Source: a virus
Taxonomy: Duplodnaviria; Heunggongvirae; Uroviricota; Caudoviricetes
Strand: one strand, 5' to 3'
DNA length: 11,930 bases
Virus record (IMG/VR): IMGVR_UViG_2548876944_000002
The notes beneath the pieces were generated by a model that did not search any database, had not been told where the DNA came from, and saw only the letters and a list, made by a program, of their open reading frames with translations. Shown here one piece after another: positions 1 through 11,770 of this stretch (the stretch's first letter is position 1; each line of letters starts with the position of its first letter). A program made the position numbers and the translations under genes.

Positions 1-1382
1 ACCTTCACGCCGGACTGTTTCGGCTTTTTCAGCGTCGCTTCATAGTCCTTTTTCGCTGCCGCCATCAGCGTGTTGTAATCTGCCTGCAGGATTTTCCCGT
101 CCTTCAGTGCCTTGTTCAGTTCTTCCTGACGGGCGGTATATTTCTCCAGCGGCGTCTGCAGGCGTTCGTAAGCCTTCTGTGCCTCTTCGGTATATTTCAG
201 CCGTGACGCTTCGGTATCGCTCTGCTGCTGCGCATTTTTGTCCTGTTGACTCTGCTGTTCAGCCTTCTTTCGGGTGGCTTCAAGCGCAAGACGGGCCTTT
301 TCACGATCATCCCAGTAACGCGCCCGTGCTTCATCGTTAACAAAATAATCATCCTTGCGCAGATTCCAGATATCGTCTGCTTTCTTAAACGCAGCCTCTG
401 CCTTAATCAGCATCTCCTGCGCGGTATCAGGACGACCAATATCCAGCACCGCATCCCACATGGATTTAAATGCCCGTGCTGTCCTGTCTGCCCAGGTCTC
501 CAGCGTGCCCATGTTATCTTTCAGGCGGCGGGTCTGGTCATCAAACCCTTTCGTTGCGGCCTCGTTCGCCGCCTGCAATGCCCCGGCTTCATCGCCGGAA
601 CGCTGCAACTGAGCAACATACGCAATCTGCTCCGCCGTCACGTTATGGAACTGGCGCGCCATCGCCGTCAGCCCCGACGTCGGGTCAGTGGTCAGCTTCC
701 CGAAGGCTTCAGCGACCTTGTCCACCTCCACGCCGGATACGGAGGAAAAACGCGCCACACTCTGGCTGATGGATGCAATCTGAGCCTCACCGCTTACTCC
801 CGCCTTAACCAGTGCGCTGAGTGACTCGCTGGTCTGGTTAAACGTCAGCCCTGCCGCCTGCCCGGCTCTGGACAGGACCAGCATACGATCTGCCGTCAGT
901 CCCGCCTGATTACCGGAAAGGACCAGCGTTTTGTTGAAATCGGACAGGGTTGAGTCACCCTGATACCAGGCATACACCAGCGCACTGGTTGCCACCGCCA
1001 GCGAGGTGACCCCGACCATTGGCAGGGTGACTGCACCGGCAAGCCCCCTGAACATGGGGATCATCCCGCCGAAGGAGTCCTTAACCTGACCGCCCTGTTG
1101 CAGCAGAATCAGCCAGGGATTCTGCCCCCCTGCAAGCTGTGTGGCCACGTCGGTGAACTGTGCAGGCAGCATACGCATGGCGGCTTTATACTGCCCGACG
1201 GAAATCCCCGCTTTCTGTGCAGCCAGCGCCTGTCGGTTCATCGACTGCTCAACAACTGCCGCTGTTTTTTTCGCATCACTTTCCGTACCGGAAAAATGAC
1301 GCCTGACTCTGGCCATCTGCTCGTCAAATCTGGCTGCATCCAGACTTAAATCAACGACCAGATCGCCTACAGGTTCAGCCAT
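1..1382 (-). CDS. H: Tail tape measure protein gpH, N-terminal ~460 codons; the gene continues beyond the left window edge (partial)
   Basis: Minus-strand ATG at 1382 (plus-strand 'cat' 1380-1382). I translated the first ~40 codons by hand: MAEPVGDLVVDLSLDAARFDEQMARVRRHFSGTESDAKKTA, which matches the lambda gpH N-terminus from memory. No minus-strand ORF in any other frame is listed for 1-1375, consistent with one long frame leaving the window. Overlaps the T stop by 8 nt as in lambda. Confidence 0.92.
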   Translation of the reverse strand, partial: MAEPVGDLVVDLSLDAARFDEQMARVRRHFSGTESDAKKTAAVVEQSMNRQALAAQKAGISVGQYKAAMRMLPAQFTDVATQLAGGQNPWLILLQQGGQVKDSFGGMIPMFRGLAGAVTLPMVGVTSLAVATSALVYAWYQGDSTLSDFNKTLVLSGNQAGLTADRMLVLSRAGQAAGLTFNQTSESLSALVKAGVSGEAQIASISQSVARFSSVSGVEVDKVAEAFGKLTTDPTSGLTAMARQFHNVTAEQIAYVAQLQRSGDEAGALQAANEAATKGFDDQTRRLKDNMGTLETWADRTARAFKSMWDAVLDIGRPDTAQEMLIKAEAAFKKADDIWNLRKDDYFVNDEARARYWDDREKARLALEATRKKAEQQSQQDKNAQQQSDTEASRLKYTEEAQKAYERLQTPLEKYTARQEELNKALKDGKILQADYNTLMAAAKKDYEATLKKPKQSGVK

Positions 1383-2213
1383 ACCGGACTCCTCCTGCGA
1401 TCCCTTCTGATACTGTCATCAGCATTACGTCATCCTCCGTCATGTCCGCCACATCCGGGGAAGTAGGGATAACTTCATTCCCGTCCGGGCCAAAGCGGAC
1501 ACCTCCGGCAAGCCCTGCCGCTTTCTGCATCAGCACATCATCTTCAGGCTCTTCGTCAGCCTCGCGCCGGTTCAGCAGACTGAAATCCAGCGGATGCATC
1601 TCCGGATCGCTGAAAAACAGGCTGAGCACGGTGTACGTCAGCCCGGAAAAGTGCATATCCAGCAGAACATCATGAAAATAATGGGTACTGTAAAAGCGGT
1701 GCCAGTCGGCATACTCCGTGGATGACATCCCGGCAAGCATGGCGCGCCAGTCGGGTCGCCCCATCTCACGCGCCAGTTTCAGGGCAAAACTCAGCTCACC
1801 GTCGAACACTTTCCCGCAGAAACAGGCTCTGCGGGCCCGGCGTCCTCTGTCTGTTCAGGGGCATTATTCACCACAAACTCATACATACCAGACAGCCGGT
1901 ACACCACGTTTTCAGCATGAGAAATTGCCTCCGTGGGCCAGGTGGTAAGCACTTCCTGCTCAATCTGTTTAACGGCTTCATTCATGGACGGCATCTGCGT
2001 CTTCTGCGGATGGTTATGCCACAGGGACATCGCCACCAGAAACGCGCCGGTTCTGATGGCGTCTTCCACAGTAAACTTCCGGTTGCTGTCTGACTCCGCC
2101 TGTTCTGCCTGCCGTTTCATCAGGGCGAGATGCTCAATGCGCTGCAGGGCTGACAGTTCAGAAAGCGTGACGGTCACACCGTTATGTTCAAATGATTCGG
2201 TTTTCAGGAACAT
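1375..2213 (-). CDS. Tail assembly chaperone G-T fusion, made by programmed -1 ribosomal frameshift from the G frame (1791-2213) into the T frame (1375-1809)
   Basis: The T-frame ORF (144 aa, MFDGELSFALKLAREMGRPDWRAML... in the track, with a non-ATG GTG at its head) has no plausible independent start and overlaps the 3' end of G in the -1 frame. The slip site GGGAAAG lies exactly in the overlap. This is the known lambda gpG/gpGT arrangement. Confidence 0.85.
1791..2213 (-). CDS. G: Tail assembly chaperone gpG (140 aa)
   Basis: ORF track 1791..2213, MFLKTESFEHNGVTVTLSELSALQRIEHLALMKRQAEQ...; recognised as lambda gpG. Position between V and T/H is as in lambda. Confidence 0.93.
   Translation of the reverse strand: MFLKTESFEHNGVTVTLSELSALQRIEHLALMKRQAEQAESDSNRKFTVEDAIRTGAFLVAMSLWHNHPQKTQMPSMNEAVKQIEQEVLTTWPTEAISHAENVVYRLSGMYEFVVNNAPEQTEDAGPAEPVSAGKCSTVS
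1809..1815 (-). other. Programmed -1 frameshift slippery heptamer G GGA AAG (plus strand reads ctttccc)
   Basis: I phased the G frame by hand: codons GCG-GGA-AAG-TGT-TCG give ...AGKCS, matching the G C-terminus ...SAGKCSTVS. The heptamer is therefore in X XXY YYZ register in the zero frame, 6 codons before the G stop. Confidence 0.85.
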
Positions 2214-2228
2214 CGCTGACTCTCCGGA

Positions 2229-2969
2229 TTAACTGGCGGTGACGGTAATTTCTGCAACCGCAGCAAACTCACCATTACCGGATACAACCGGAATGTTGAC
2301 CTTACCTGCAGCAACACCCTTCACGGTGATGGTCATACCACTGACCGACACCGTGGCTTTTGTTTTATCCGCTGACACCGCACGGAAGCTCTTGTCGGTT
2401 GCGCCTTCCGGCTGGAATGCCACGGTCAGCGTGGTGCTCTGCCCTTTCACTACGGAAGCACTGGCGGGTGTCACCGTCATGCCGGTTGCCGCCGTCACCG
2501 TGCTGCGATCTTCTGCCATTGACGGACGGCCCACATTGGTGACCTTCACCGTGCGGGTGATCACTTCCTTCGCCGTCACCGCCTTACCGATACTGCTGAC
2601 CCAGCCACGGAACACATCGACCGTGCCGTTCGGGAAGCGGATTTTATAGGCCCGGACATCCCCTTCATTAAACCACGCCAGCAGCGCCTGCTGCCCCTGC
2701 TCTCCGGGCATCCACGCCAGCGTAAAGCTGGTATCTCCGGCTGACTTCTGCCCCTGTCCGGTCGCGGTCCAGTCCGCATCTTCATCATCGAGATAACTGT
2801 CGTCATAGGACTCAGCGGTCAGTTCGCCGGGCGTCAGGTCTTTAACTTTAGCCAGACGCGACCAGTCAACGTCTGAAAGCGGGTTCGCATAAGGGTCACC
2901 GTTCCCCTTATAAACCCACAGGGTGGTCCCGGCCCCTTTCACCGGCATTGTAGGATTTGGTACAGGCAT
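2229..2969 (-). CDS. V: Major tail tube protein gpV (246 aa) with C-terminal Ig-like domain
   Basis: The track ORF 2229..2999 starts 10 codons upstream, but the lambda-matching start is [22 protein letters not shown] at 2969, preceded by a GAGGA Shine-Dalgarno (minus strand ...tgaggacgatATG). The C-terminal ~90 aa ([14 protein letters not shown]...ITVTAS) look like the Ig-like (Big_2-type) domain of gpV. Confidence 0.93.
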   Translation of the reverse strand: MPVPNPTMPVKGAGTTLWVYKGNGDPYANPLSDVDWSRLAKVKDLTPGELTAESYDDSYLDDEDADWTATGQGQKSAGDTSFTLAWMPGEQGQQALLAWFNEGDVRAYKIRFPNGTVDVFRGWVSSIGKAVTAKEVITRTVKVTNVGRPSMAEDRSTVTAATGMTVTPASASVVKGQSTTLTVAFQPEGATDKSFRAVSADKTKATVSVSGMTITVKGVAAGKVNIPVVSGNGEFAAVAEITVTAS

Positions 2970-2976
2970 ATCGTCC

Positions 2977-3372
2977 TCACATTTCATAGGTAATGACATA
3001 AGTCAGATCGGCTGAACTCCACAGGCCCGCATCATCGTCGCGCCGGTAGTCATAGCCACTGGCCACCATACTGGTGATCAAATCTGACAGTGCCGGGATA
3101 TCGCTCATCACCGGATAAATCCGGGACTCCATCCACGCATCCAGCTCTGAATCCGGCACCTGAGCAGGCAGGAAAACTTCAATATGCAGCTCCGCCTGCC
3201 AGGTATCGCTGTCCAGCTCTTCGCCCGTGTATTCAGCGCCGGTGAGATAAACGGCAATTGCCGGAAAATCCGCCTCATCAAAAACAGCAGGGCGACCATC
3301 AAAAAGCGTCGCCCCGGTGTTATGCTTCTCCAGTGCATCCAGTACGGCTGCACGGATATCCGTATGTTTCAT
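2977..3372 (-). CDS. U: Tail terminator protein gpU (131 aa)
   Basis: ORF track 2977..3372, [43 protein letters not shown]...; recognised as lambda gpU. Start overlaps the Z stop in ATGA (plus-strand tcat at 3369-3372). Confidence 0.94.
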   Translation of the reverse strand: MKHTDIRAAVLDALEKHNTGATLFDGRPAVFDEADFPAIAVYLTGAEYTGEELDSDTWQAELHIEVFLPAQVPDSELDAWMESRIYPVMSDIPALSDLITSMVASGYDYRRDDDAGLWSSADLTYVITYEM

Positions 3373-3947
3373 CGCTTTATCGCAATCCTCAGTTGTTGTT
3401 TCAGGGCGTATTCCAGTTCTTTCGGCAAACGTTCACGCCGTATCTGTTCAATATTCTGTTTAAATGCCGTGGTCAGCGGCACCGCCATCGGAATTTTCAC
3501 CACATCAATGGGGTAACGATTTTTCCCGGCCACACGCTGCATGACATGCCACCGGCCATTTTTCAGTTGCTGAATAAACGCGCCGGGAATACGACGGTTA
3601 CCCACCACAAGCAAGCTGCCGCCACCTTTCAGGGATGAACGCAGCCCCTTTTTACGACGCCTGCGGCGGGACAGGACAACCCGCGCATTACCCAGCCTGA
3701 TTACGGGCAAATCCCCCCGGTTAACTTTGATTCTGGCCTGCGGATTTTTGACCGTGGCCCTTTTCAGCCTGGCCCTTTCCTTTACCAGTTTCCGGCGTAC
3801 CTTTGTCTCACGGGCAACCTGTGACGCCGACTGCGATATCGCGGATGAAGCAACGCGGTTAATGGCCATTGCGGCGGCACCGGGCACCGCCGTTTTGCTG
3901 ATACGGCTGAGGTTTTCAACGGCCTGCTCAAGACCTTTTATGGGCAT
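3369..3947 (-). CDS. Z: Tail completion protein gpZ (192 aa)
   Basis: ORF track 3369..3947, MPIKGLEQAVENLSRISKTAVPGAAAMAINRVASSAISQ...; recognised as lambda gpZ. Sits between FII and U as in lambda. Confidence 0.93.
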   Translation of the reverse strand: MPIKGLEQAVENLSRISKTAVPGAAAMAINRVASSAISQSASQVARETKVRRKLVKERARLKRATVKNPQARIKVNRGDLPVIRLGNARVVLSRRRRRKKGLRSSLKGGGSLLVVGNRRIPGAFIQQLKNGRWHVMQRVAGKNRYPIDVVKIPMAVPLTTAFKQNIEQIRRERLPKELEYALKQQLRIAIKR

Positions 3948-3958
3948 ACCTCCCCCTT

Positions 3959-4312
3959 TCAGCGGCGACGGTTAACGGCAGGCGGCACGCCACGCCCGAG
4001 CCAGAGATGACAGCTTCCGCCATCATCCGGCGAAACACGGTCTATCCAGAAGTTTTCCTCACCGATGGTCAGCGTGTCGCCGCGCCGCAGCTGCCGCACA
4101 TCATCAGTCCGGACAAACAGGGACGGGCTGGAGCCTTCAACGCGCACGCCCTGTCCGGCATAGCTGATATTTTCAGGGTCATCAAAAACACCACGTATCA
4201 CAGCACCGGACTGCTCACCGGATGTCATGGTGGCTGACGTTCCCATGTACCCGCGTATCGTTTCATCGGCGCGGGCAATGGCAGCATCGAACAGGTTATC
4301 GAAATCAGCCAC
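3959..4312 (-). CDS. FII: Head-tail joining protein gpFII (117 aa)
   Basis: ORF track 3959..4312, MADFDNLFDAAIARADETIRGYMGTSATMTSGEQSGAVIRGVFDDPENISYAGQG...; recognised as lambda gpFII. Confidence 0.93.
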   Translation of the reverse strand: MADFDNLFDAAIARADETIRGYMGTSATMTSGEQSGAVIRGVFDDPENISYAGQGVRVEGSSPSLFVRTDDVRQLRRGDTLTIGEENFWIDRVSPDDGGSCHLWLGRGVPPAVNRRR

Positions 4313-4323
4313 AGCGCCTCCCG

Positions 4324-4719
4324 CTATTGCATTCTGGCCAGGCCACGTTCCGTCATTTCGGCTGCCACACCGGCAGAGACACGAAACGCCGTTCCCGGCA
4401 GCACAAATGCCACAGGTTCATCCCGCGTGGCGTGAAGTGCATCGGTATGCAGCGTCACCAGTGCCACGACCGTGACCAGAGCAGCCGTATCAGTCACGGT
4501 ATCCGGCTGCACTGATACCACCTCATTTTCATGTCCGGTCAGCGCATTTTCCGAGTTGACAGATGTATCCTGACCGGCAGCCTCATCCGTGTCATCAAGC
4601 TCCTCTTCCAGCTCTGCCACACGGAGCGCCAGTTCTTCTTTCGTCCCCGTCAGGCTGACATCACGGTTCAGTTGTTCACCCAGCGAACGGAGACGGGCAA
4701 TCAGTTCATCTTTCGTCAT
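4324..4719 (-). CDS. FI: DNA packaging accessory protein gpFI (131 aa here)
   Basis: The track ORF 4324..4758 is an upstream extension. The lambda-matching start is MTKDELIARLRSLGEQLNRDVSLTGTKEELALRVAEL at 4719, preceded by GGAGG (minus strand ...tgtggaggagttcATG). The C-terminal third matches lambda FI; the central linker appears to differ from lambda and the ORF is one codon shorter than I expect. Confidence 0.88.
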   Translation of the reverse strand: MTKDELIARLRSLGEQLNRDVSLTGTKEELALRVAELEEELDDTDEAAGQDTSVNSENALTGHENEVVSVQPDTVTDTAALVTVVALVTLHTDALHATRDEPVAFVLPGTAFRVSAGVAAEMTERGLARMQ

Positions 4720-4740
4720 GAACTCCTCCACAGAGAAACA

Positions 4741-4758
4741 ATGGCCCCGAAGGGCCAT
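4741..4758 (-). other. Stem-loop immediately 3' of the E stop codon: 7-bp perfect stem with a UUCG tetraloop on the mRNA
   Basis: Plus strand atggccc-cgaa-gggccat at 4741-4758; the transcribed strand reads AUGGCCC-UUCG-GGGCCAU. It lies in the 41-nt E-FI intergenic gap, directly upstream of the FI Shine-Dalgarno. Confidence 0.6.
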
Positions 4759-4760
4759 GA

Positions 4761-5786
4761 TTACGCCAGTTGTACGGACACGAACTCATCAGGGTCAGCC
4801 AGCAGCATCAGCGGTGCTGACTGAATCATGGTGAACTCACGCGCCGGATCGCCGGTGGTCACCCAGTTTTTCGGGTAACGAGCAGAGGCGTTAATGCCTT
4901 CGCGCTGTGCGTCCGCATCCTGAATACAGCCATAGGTGCGCAGACCGCGTGCCTGAGTGTTCCCCAGCACCATCGTGTTGTCCGGCAGGAAGTTCTTTTT
5001 GACGCCGTTTTCCACGTACTGTCCGGAATACACGACGATGGCCACATCGCCATACATCCCCTTGTAGGACACCGCTTTGCCCAGGTCTTTTACCGCTGTC
5101 TCCAGCTCGGAATGAGAGCCGCGACGGGTATCCAGCTTCTCCCTGACGGCCTTGAAGGAACGGAACAGCGCCCAGCCTTTCGGATCAAACACGATGATAT
5201 TCACCACGCCGCTGGCGTTCAGCGCGTAGGCTTCGATATCGTCGGTCGGGTCATACGTGGACTTGTCACGCTTGCTCCACTCCGTGCCGCCGGACTGCGT
5301 GATGTTATTCGCCGCACTGCGGCCCATATCCACCTCAACCGGATCGAAGGCTTCACCGGTCATGGTGTATTTGCCCCTGAGCACGGCAGAAACGGCCTGC
5401 ATCTCTTCGACCTGGGCAATGGCCAGCTCCTCGTCACGCATGTTCTGCATGATGATGCGACGGCGGCGGTAAGCCGGGTCCGCCAGATTCTGCGGATCTT
5501 CATCAGGCATTCGGCGCAGGGTCATCTGCGGATTCACCTCATGCTTCGGCTTGACATATCCCGGCGTAAATTCAGAGGTGGAGCCGCCACGGGAGCGGAT
5601 AACTTCACCGGAAACAATCGGCGAAACGTACAGCGCCATGTTTACCAGTCCCGGAATTTGTGAGAGATAGACTTTCTCCGTGGTGAAGGGATAGCTCTCA
5701 CGGAAAAAGAGACGCAGAAACAGCGGATCAAACTTAAATTTCTGCTCATTTGCCGCCAGCAGCTGGGCGGTTGTGTACATTGACAT
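4761..5786 (-). CDS. E: Major capsid protein gpE (341 aa)
   Basis: The track ORF 4761..5813 is an upstream extension. The lambda-matching start is MSMYTTAQLLAANEQKFKFDPLFLRLFFRESYPFTTEKVYLSQIPG at 5786 (plus-strand cat 5784-5786). Recognised as lambda gpE, with a few substitutions relative to my recollection. Confidence 0.95.
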   Translation of the reverse strand: MSMYTTAQLLAANEQKFKFDPLFLRLFFRESYPFTTEKVYLSQIPGLVNMALYVSPIVSGEVIRSRGGSTSEFTPGYVKPKHEVNPQMTLRRMPDEDPQNLADPAYRRRRIIMQNMRDEELAIAQVEEMQAVSAVLRGKYTMTGEAFDPVEVDMGRSAANNITQSGGTEWSKRDKSTYDPTDDIEAYALNASGVVNIIVFDPKGWALFRSFKAVREKLDTRRGSHSELETAVKDLGKAVSYKGMYGDVAIVVYSGQYVENGVKKNFLPDNTMVLGNTQARGLRTYGCIQDADAQREGINASARYPKNWVTTGDPAREFTMIQSAPLMLLADPDEFVSVQLA

Positions 5787-5799
5787 AAAAAAATCCCGT

Positions 5800-5824
5800 A
5801 AAAAAAGCCGCACAGGCGGCCTTT
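5800..5824 (-). terminator. Intrinsic-terminator-like hairpin plus U7 tract in the D-E intergenic region (mRNA sense)
   Basis: Transcribed strand reads AAAG-GCCGC-CUGU-GCGGC-UUUUUUU, then ACGGGAUUUUUUU-AUG (E start). A GC-rich 5-bp core stem, extendable to ~9 bp with A-U pairs and one G-U, is followed by 7 U. Plus-strand core gccgcacaggcggc at 5807-5820, A-run at 5800-5806. Confidence 0.5.
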
Positions 5825-5841
5825 AGTGATGAAGGGTCAGG

Positions 5842-6174
5842 TTAAACGATGCTGATTGCTGTTCCGGCAAACGCGGTCCGTTTTTTCGTCTCGTCGCTGG
5901 CAGCCTCCGGCCAGAGCACATCCTCATAACGGAACGTGCCGGACTTGTAGAACGTCAGCGTGGTGCTGGTCTGGTCAGCAGCAACAGCAAGAATGCCAAC
6001 AGCAGCACCATCGGTGGTGCCATCCCACGCAACCAGCTTACGGGTGGAGGTGTCCGGCATCAGCGGGGTCATTGCAGGCGCTTTCGCACTCAATCCGCCG
6101 GGCGCGGTTGCCGTATGTGCCGGGTCACTGCCGCCCAGCGGCTGGTAATGAGTAAAGGTTTCTTTGCTCGTCAT
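5842..6174 (-). CDS. D: Head decoration protein gpD (110 aa)
   Basis: The track ORF 5842..6180 begins [14 protein letters not shown]...; the lambda-matching start is the second ATG ([12 protein letters not shown]..., plus-strand cat at 6172-6174). The 3' two-thirds ([63 protein letters not shown]) match lambda gpD. Confidence 0.9.
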   Translation of the reverse strand: MTSKETFTHYQPLGGSDPAHTATAPGGLSAKAPAMTPLMPDTSTRKLVAWDGTTDGAAVGILAVAADQTSTTLTFYKSGTFRYEDVLWPEAASDETKKRTAFAGTAISIV

Positions 6175-6183
6175 AAACATCCC

Positions 6184-6789
6184 TTACACTGGTGTGTTCA
6201 GCAAATCGTTAACGGCATCAGATGCCGGGTTATCTGCAGCCAGCGGTGCCGGTGCACCCTGCATCAGACGATCCAGCGCAGTGTCACTGCGCGCCTGTGC
6301 ACTCTGTGGTGCTGCGGCCAGAATGCGGCGGGCCGTTTCCACGGTCATTCCGGGGGTTTCTGCCAGTACGCGTGCCTGTTCTTCGCGTCCGTGGGCCTCC
6401 TCACAGTTGAGGATCCCCATAATGCGGCTGTTTTCTGCCGCAACCGCTGCGGTGATCTGCGCGTTCACGTCCGGCTGCGCCGCGCTGGCGTTTTCGCCCT
6501 CCTTCGCAGGCTCCACGGTGGTGATGTCAGCCTGCGAAGCAGTGGCTGAAACAGTTGTTGATTGGGTCTCTTTGGTCATTCGCCCTCCTGAGAGACGGGA
6601 TTTACGTGCATCCAGTGCATCACGCATGATGGTGATCGCATCGGTGCTGTTAACAAGTTCATCAGCCAGTCCGGCATCAATGGCCTCCTGACCGCTGTAC
6701 ACTGCAGCCTCGGTATCCTGAACAGCCTGCACGGACAGGCCGGTATATGCCGACACCTTCTGTGCAAACATCCGGCGGGTTGCATCCAT
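6184..6789 (-). CDS. Nu3: Scaffolding protein gpNu3 (201 aa), translated from an internal in-frame start within C and sharing its stop
   Basis: In-frame ATG at 6789 (plus-strand cat 6787-6789); (7503-6789) is divisible by 3. Hand translation gives MDATRR-MFAQKVSAYTGLSVQ..., matching the lambda Nu3 N-terminus. Confidence 0.85.
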   Translation of the reverse strand: MDATRRMFAQKVSAYTGLSVQAVQDTEAAVYSGQEAIDAGLADELVNSTDAITIMRDALDARKSRLSGGRMTKETQSTTVSATASQADITTVEPAKEGENASAAQPDVNAQITAAVAAENSRIMGILNCEEAHGREEQARVLAETPGMTVETARRILAAAPQSAQARSDTALDRLMQGAPAPLAADNPASDAVNDLLNTPV

Positions 6790-7483
6790 CCGGGACTGCA
6801 GTGTCTCCCGGACGTCATCCGGAAGATGGCTGTAGGGGTTGCCATCCACCTTATGGCTGCCGCTGTAAATCAGCGTGATTTCCACGCCCTGTTTCTCCAG
6901 CGCAGCGCCGTAATTACTGTGAGCCATCATGACGCCGATGGAGCCTGTCCGGGCGGTCTGCGTGACCAGACGCCGGGAAGCGGCGCTGGCAAGCAGCTGA
7001 CCTGCACTGCAGTTCATGTCATTGGCCAGCGCCCATACCGGTTTTATGTCACGCACACGGGCGATGATGTCAGCGCAGTCAAATGCCCCCGCCACCATCC
7101 CGCCGGGCGTGTCCATATCGAGCAGAATGCCGTCCACCATCGGATCGCTGGCAGCCTGTTGCAGACGGGCGATAATGCCGTTGTAACCGGTCATCCCCGA
7201 ATACGGCTGCAGCGCCCGCGTCCGGCTGACCAGCGTGCCGGACACCGGCAGCACGGCGATGCCGTTCATGACCTGATAACTGCGGGCCTGTCGTGGTCCG
7301 TCATCATTACCAGATAACGCCAGCGTCGCGGGTGCCTCTCCGACGGTCAGGCTGTCGCCGGACACCGCATCCGTCAGGCGGCTGATCCCAAGCTGGCCGG
7401 CAAGCGCACAAAAGAAAACCCGCGCATAGGCGGGTTCAAGCATCAGCGGCTCATTAAAGGCCATGCTGGCAATATGCGGGAGA

Positions 7484-7503
<20 letters not shown>
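6184..7503 (-). CDS. C: Prohead protease / head maturation protein gpC (439 aa, S49 SppA-like peptidase family), GTG start
   Basis: The track ORF 6184..7638 is a long upstream extension. The lambda-matching start is GTG at 7503 (plus-strand cac 7501-7503), giving (M)TAELRNLPHIASMAFNEPLMLEPAYARVFFCALAGQLGI..., preceded by a strong AGGAGG Shine-Dalgarno (minus strand aacagaggaggagaagaGTG). Overlaps the B 3' end by 20 nt, as in lambda. Confidence 0.93.
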
Positions 7504-11184
<3,681 letters not shown>

Positions 11185-11210
<26 letters not shown>

Positions 11211-11730
11211 TCAGCAACCCCGGTATCAGTTCATCCAGCGCGGCTGCTTTGTTCATGGCTTTGATGATATCCCGTTTCAGGAAATCAACATGTCGGTTTT
11301 CCAGTTCCGGAAAACGCCGCTGCACCGACAGGGGGAGCCCGTCGAGAATACTGGCAATTTCACCTGCGATCCGCGACAACACGAAAGTACAGAATGCGGT
11401 TTCCACCACTTCAGCGGAGTCTCTGGCATTCTTCAGTTCCTGTGCGTCGGCCTGCGCACGCGTAAGTCGATGGCGTTCGTACTCAATAGTTCCTGGCTGG
11501 AGATCTGCCTCGCTGGCCTGCCGCAGTTCTTCAACCTCCCGGCGCAGCTTTTCGTTCTCAATTTCAGCATCCCTTTCGGCATACCATTTTATGACGGCGG
11601 CAGAGTCATAAAGCACCTCATTACCCTTGCCACCGCCTCGCAGAACGGGCATTCCCTGTTCCTGCCAGTTCTGAATGGTACGGATACTCGCACCGAAAAT
11701 GTCAGCCAGCTGCTTTTTGTTGACTTCCAT
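11185..11730 (-). CDS. Nu1: Terminase small subunit gpNu1 (181 aa; N-terminal winged-HTH that binds the cosB R elements)
   Basis: ORF track 11185..11730, MEVNKKQLADIFGASIRTIQNWQEQGMPVLRGGGKGNEVLYDSAAVIKWYAERDAEIENEKLRREVEEL...; recognised as lambda gpNu1. It is the first gene after cos. Confidence 0.97.
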
Positions 11731-11754
11731 TGTTCATTCCACGGCCAAAAACAG

Positions 11755-11770
11755 AGAAAGGAAACGACAA
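11755..11770 (-). repeat. cosB R1 element (gpNu1 binding site), 16 bp
   Basis: Plus strand agaaaggaaacgacaa; its reverse complement ttgtcgtttcctttct matches the R2 copy at 15/16 and shares the cgtttcc core with R3. Position just upstream of Nu1 fits lambda R1. Confidence 0.75.

Noticed and set aside
246-824. Long plus-strand ORFs in the left part of the window (e.g. 246..824 at 192 aa, 355..612, 470..769, 1098..1349)
   Set aside because: They lie antisense to the gpH tape measure frame, which I verified by hand translation. Their products are Arg/Pro/Cys-rich low-complexity strings typical of out-of-frame or antisense reading of GC-rich coding DNA, and there are no lambda counterparts.
1375-1809. 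Treating the T frame as an independent gene with its own GTG start
   Set aside because: The GTG at 1809 sits inside the slippery heptamer with no ribosome-binding site. The frame is reached by a -1 shift from G, so it is better described as the 3' portion of the G-T fusion.
2576-2806. Minus-strand 76-aa ORF and other short minus-strand ORFs nested in different frames inside V, Z, B and A (e.g. 3108..3353, 6576..6845, 8323..8664, 8677..9030, 9242..9499, 9752..9943, 10244..10543, 10559..10756)
   Set aside because: All are out-of-frame overlaps within verified genes with no independent start signals, and none corresponds to a known lambda product. They are expected by chance in GC-rich sequence.
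5112-5663. Plus-strand ORF of 183 aa antisense to E, and similar antisense ORFs at 6115..6549, 6164..6691 and 6826..7317 over C/Nu3
   Set aside because: Entirely contained within well-supported minus-strand genes (E, C); the compositions look like antisense artefacts and no start context is apparent. I would need ribosome profiling evidence to take these seriously.
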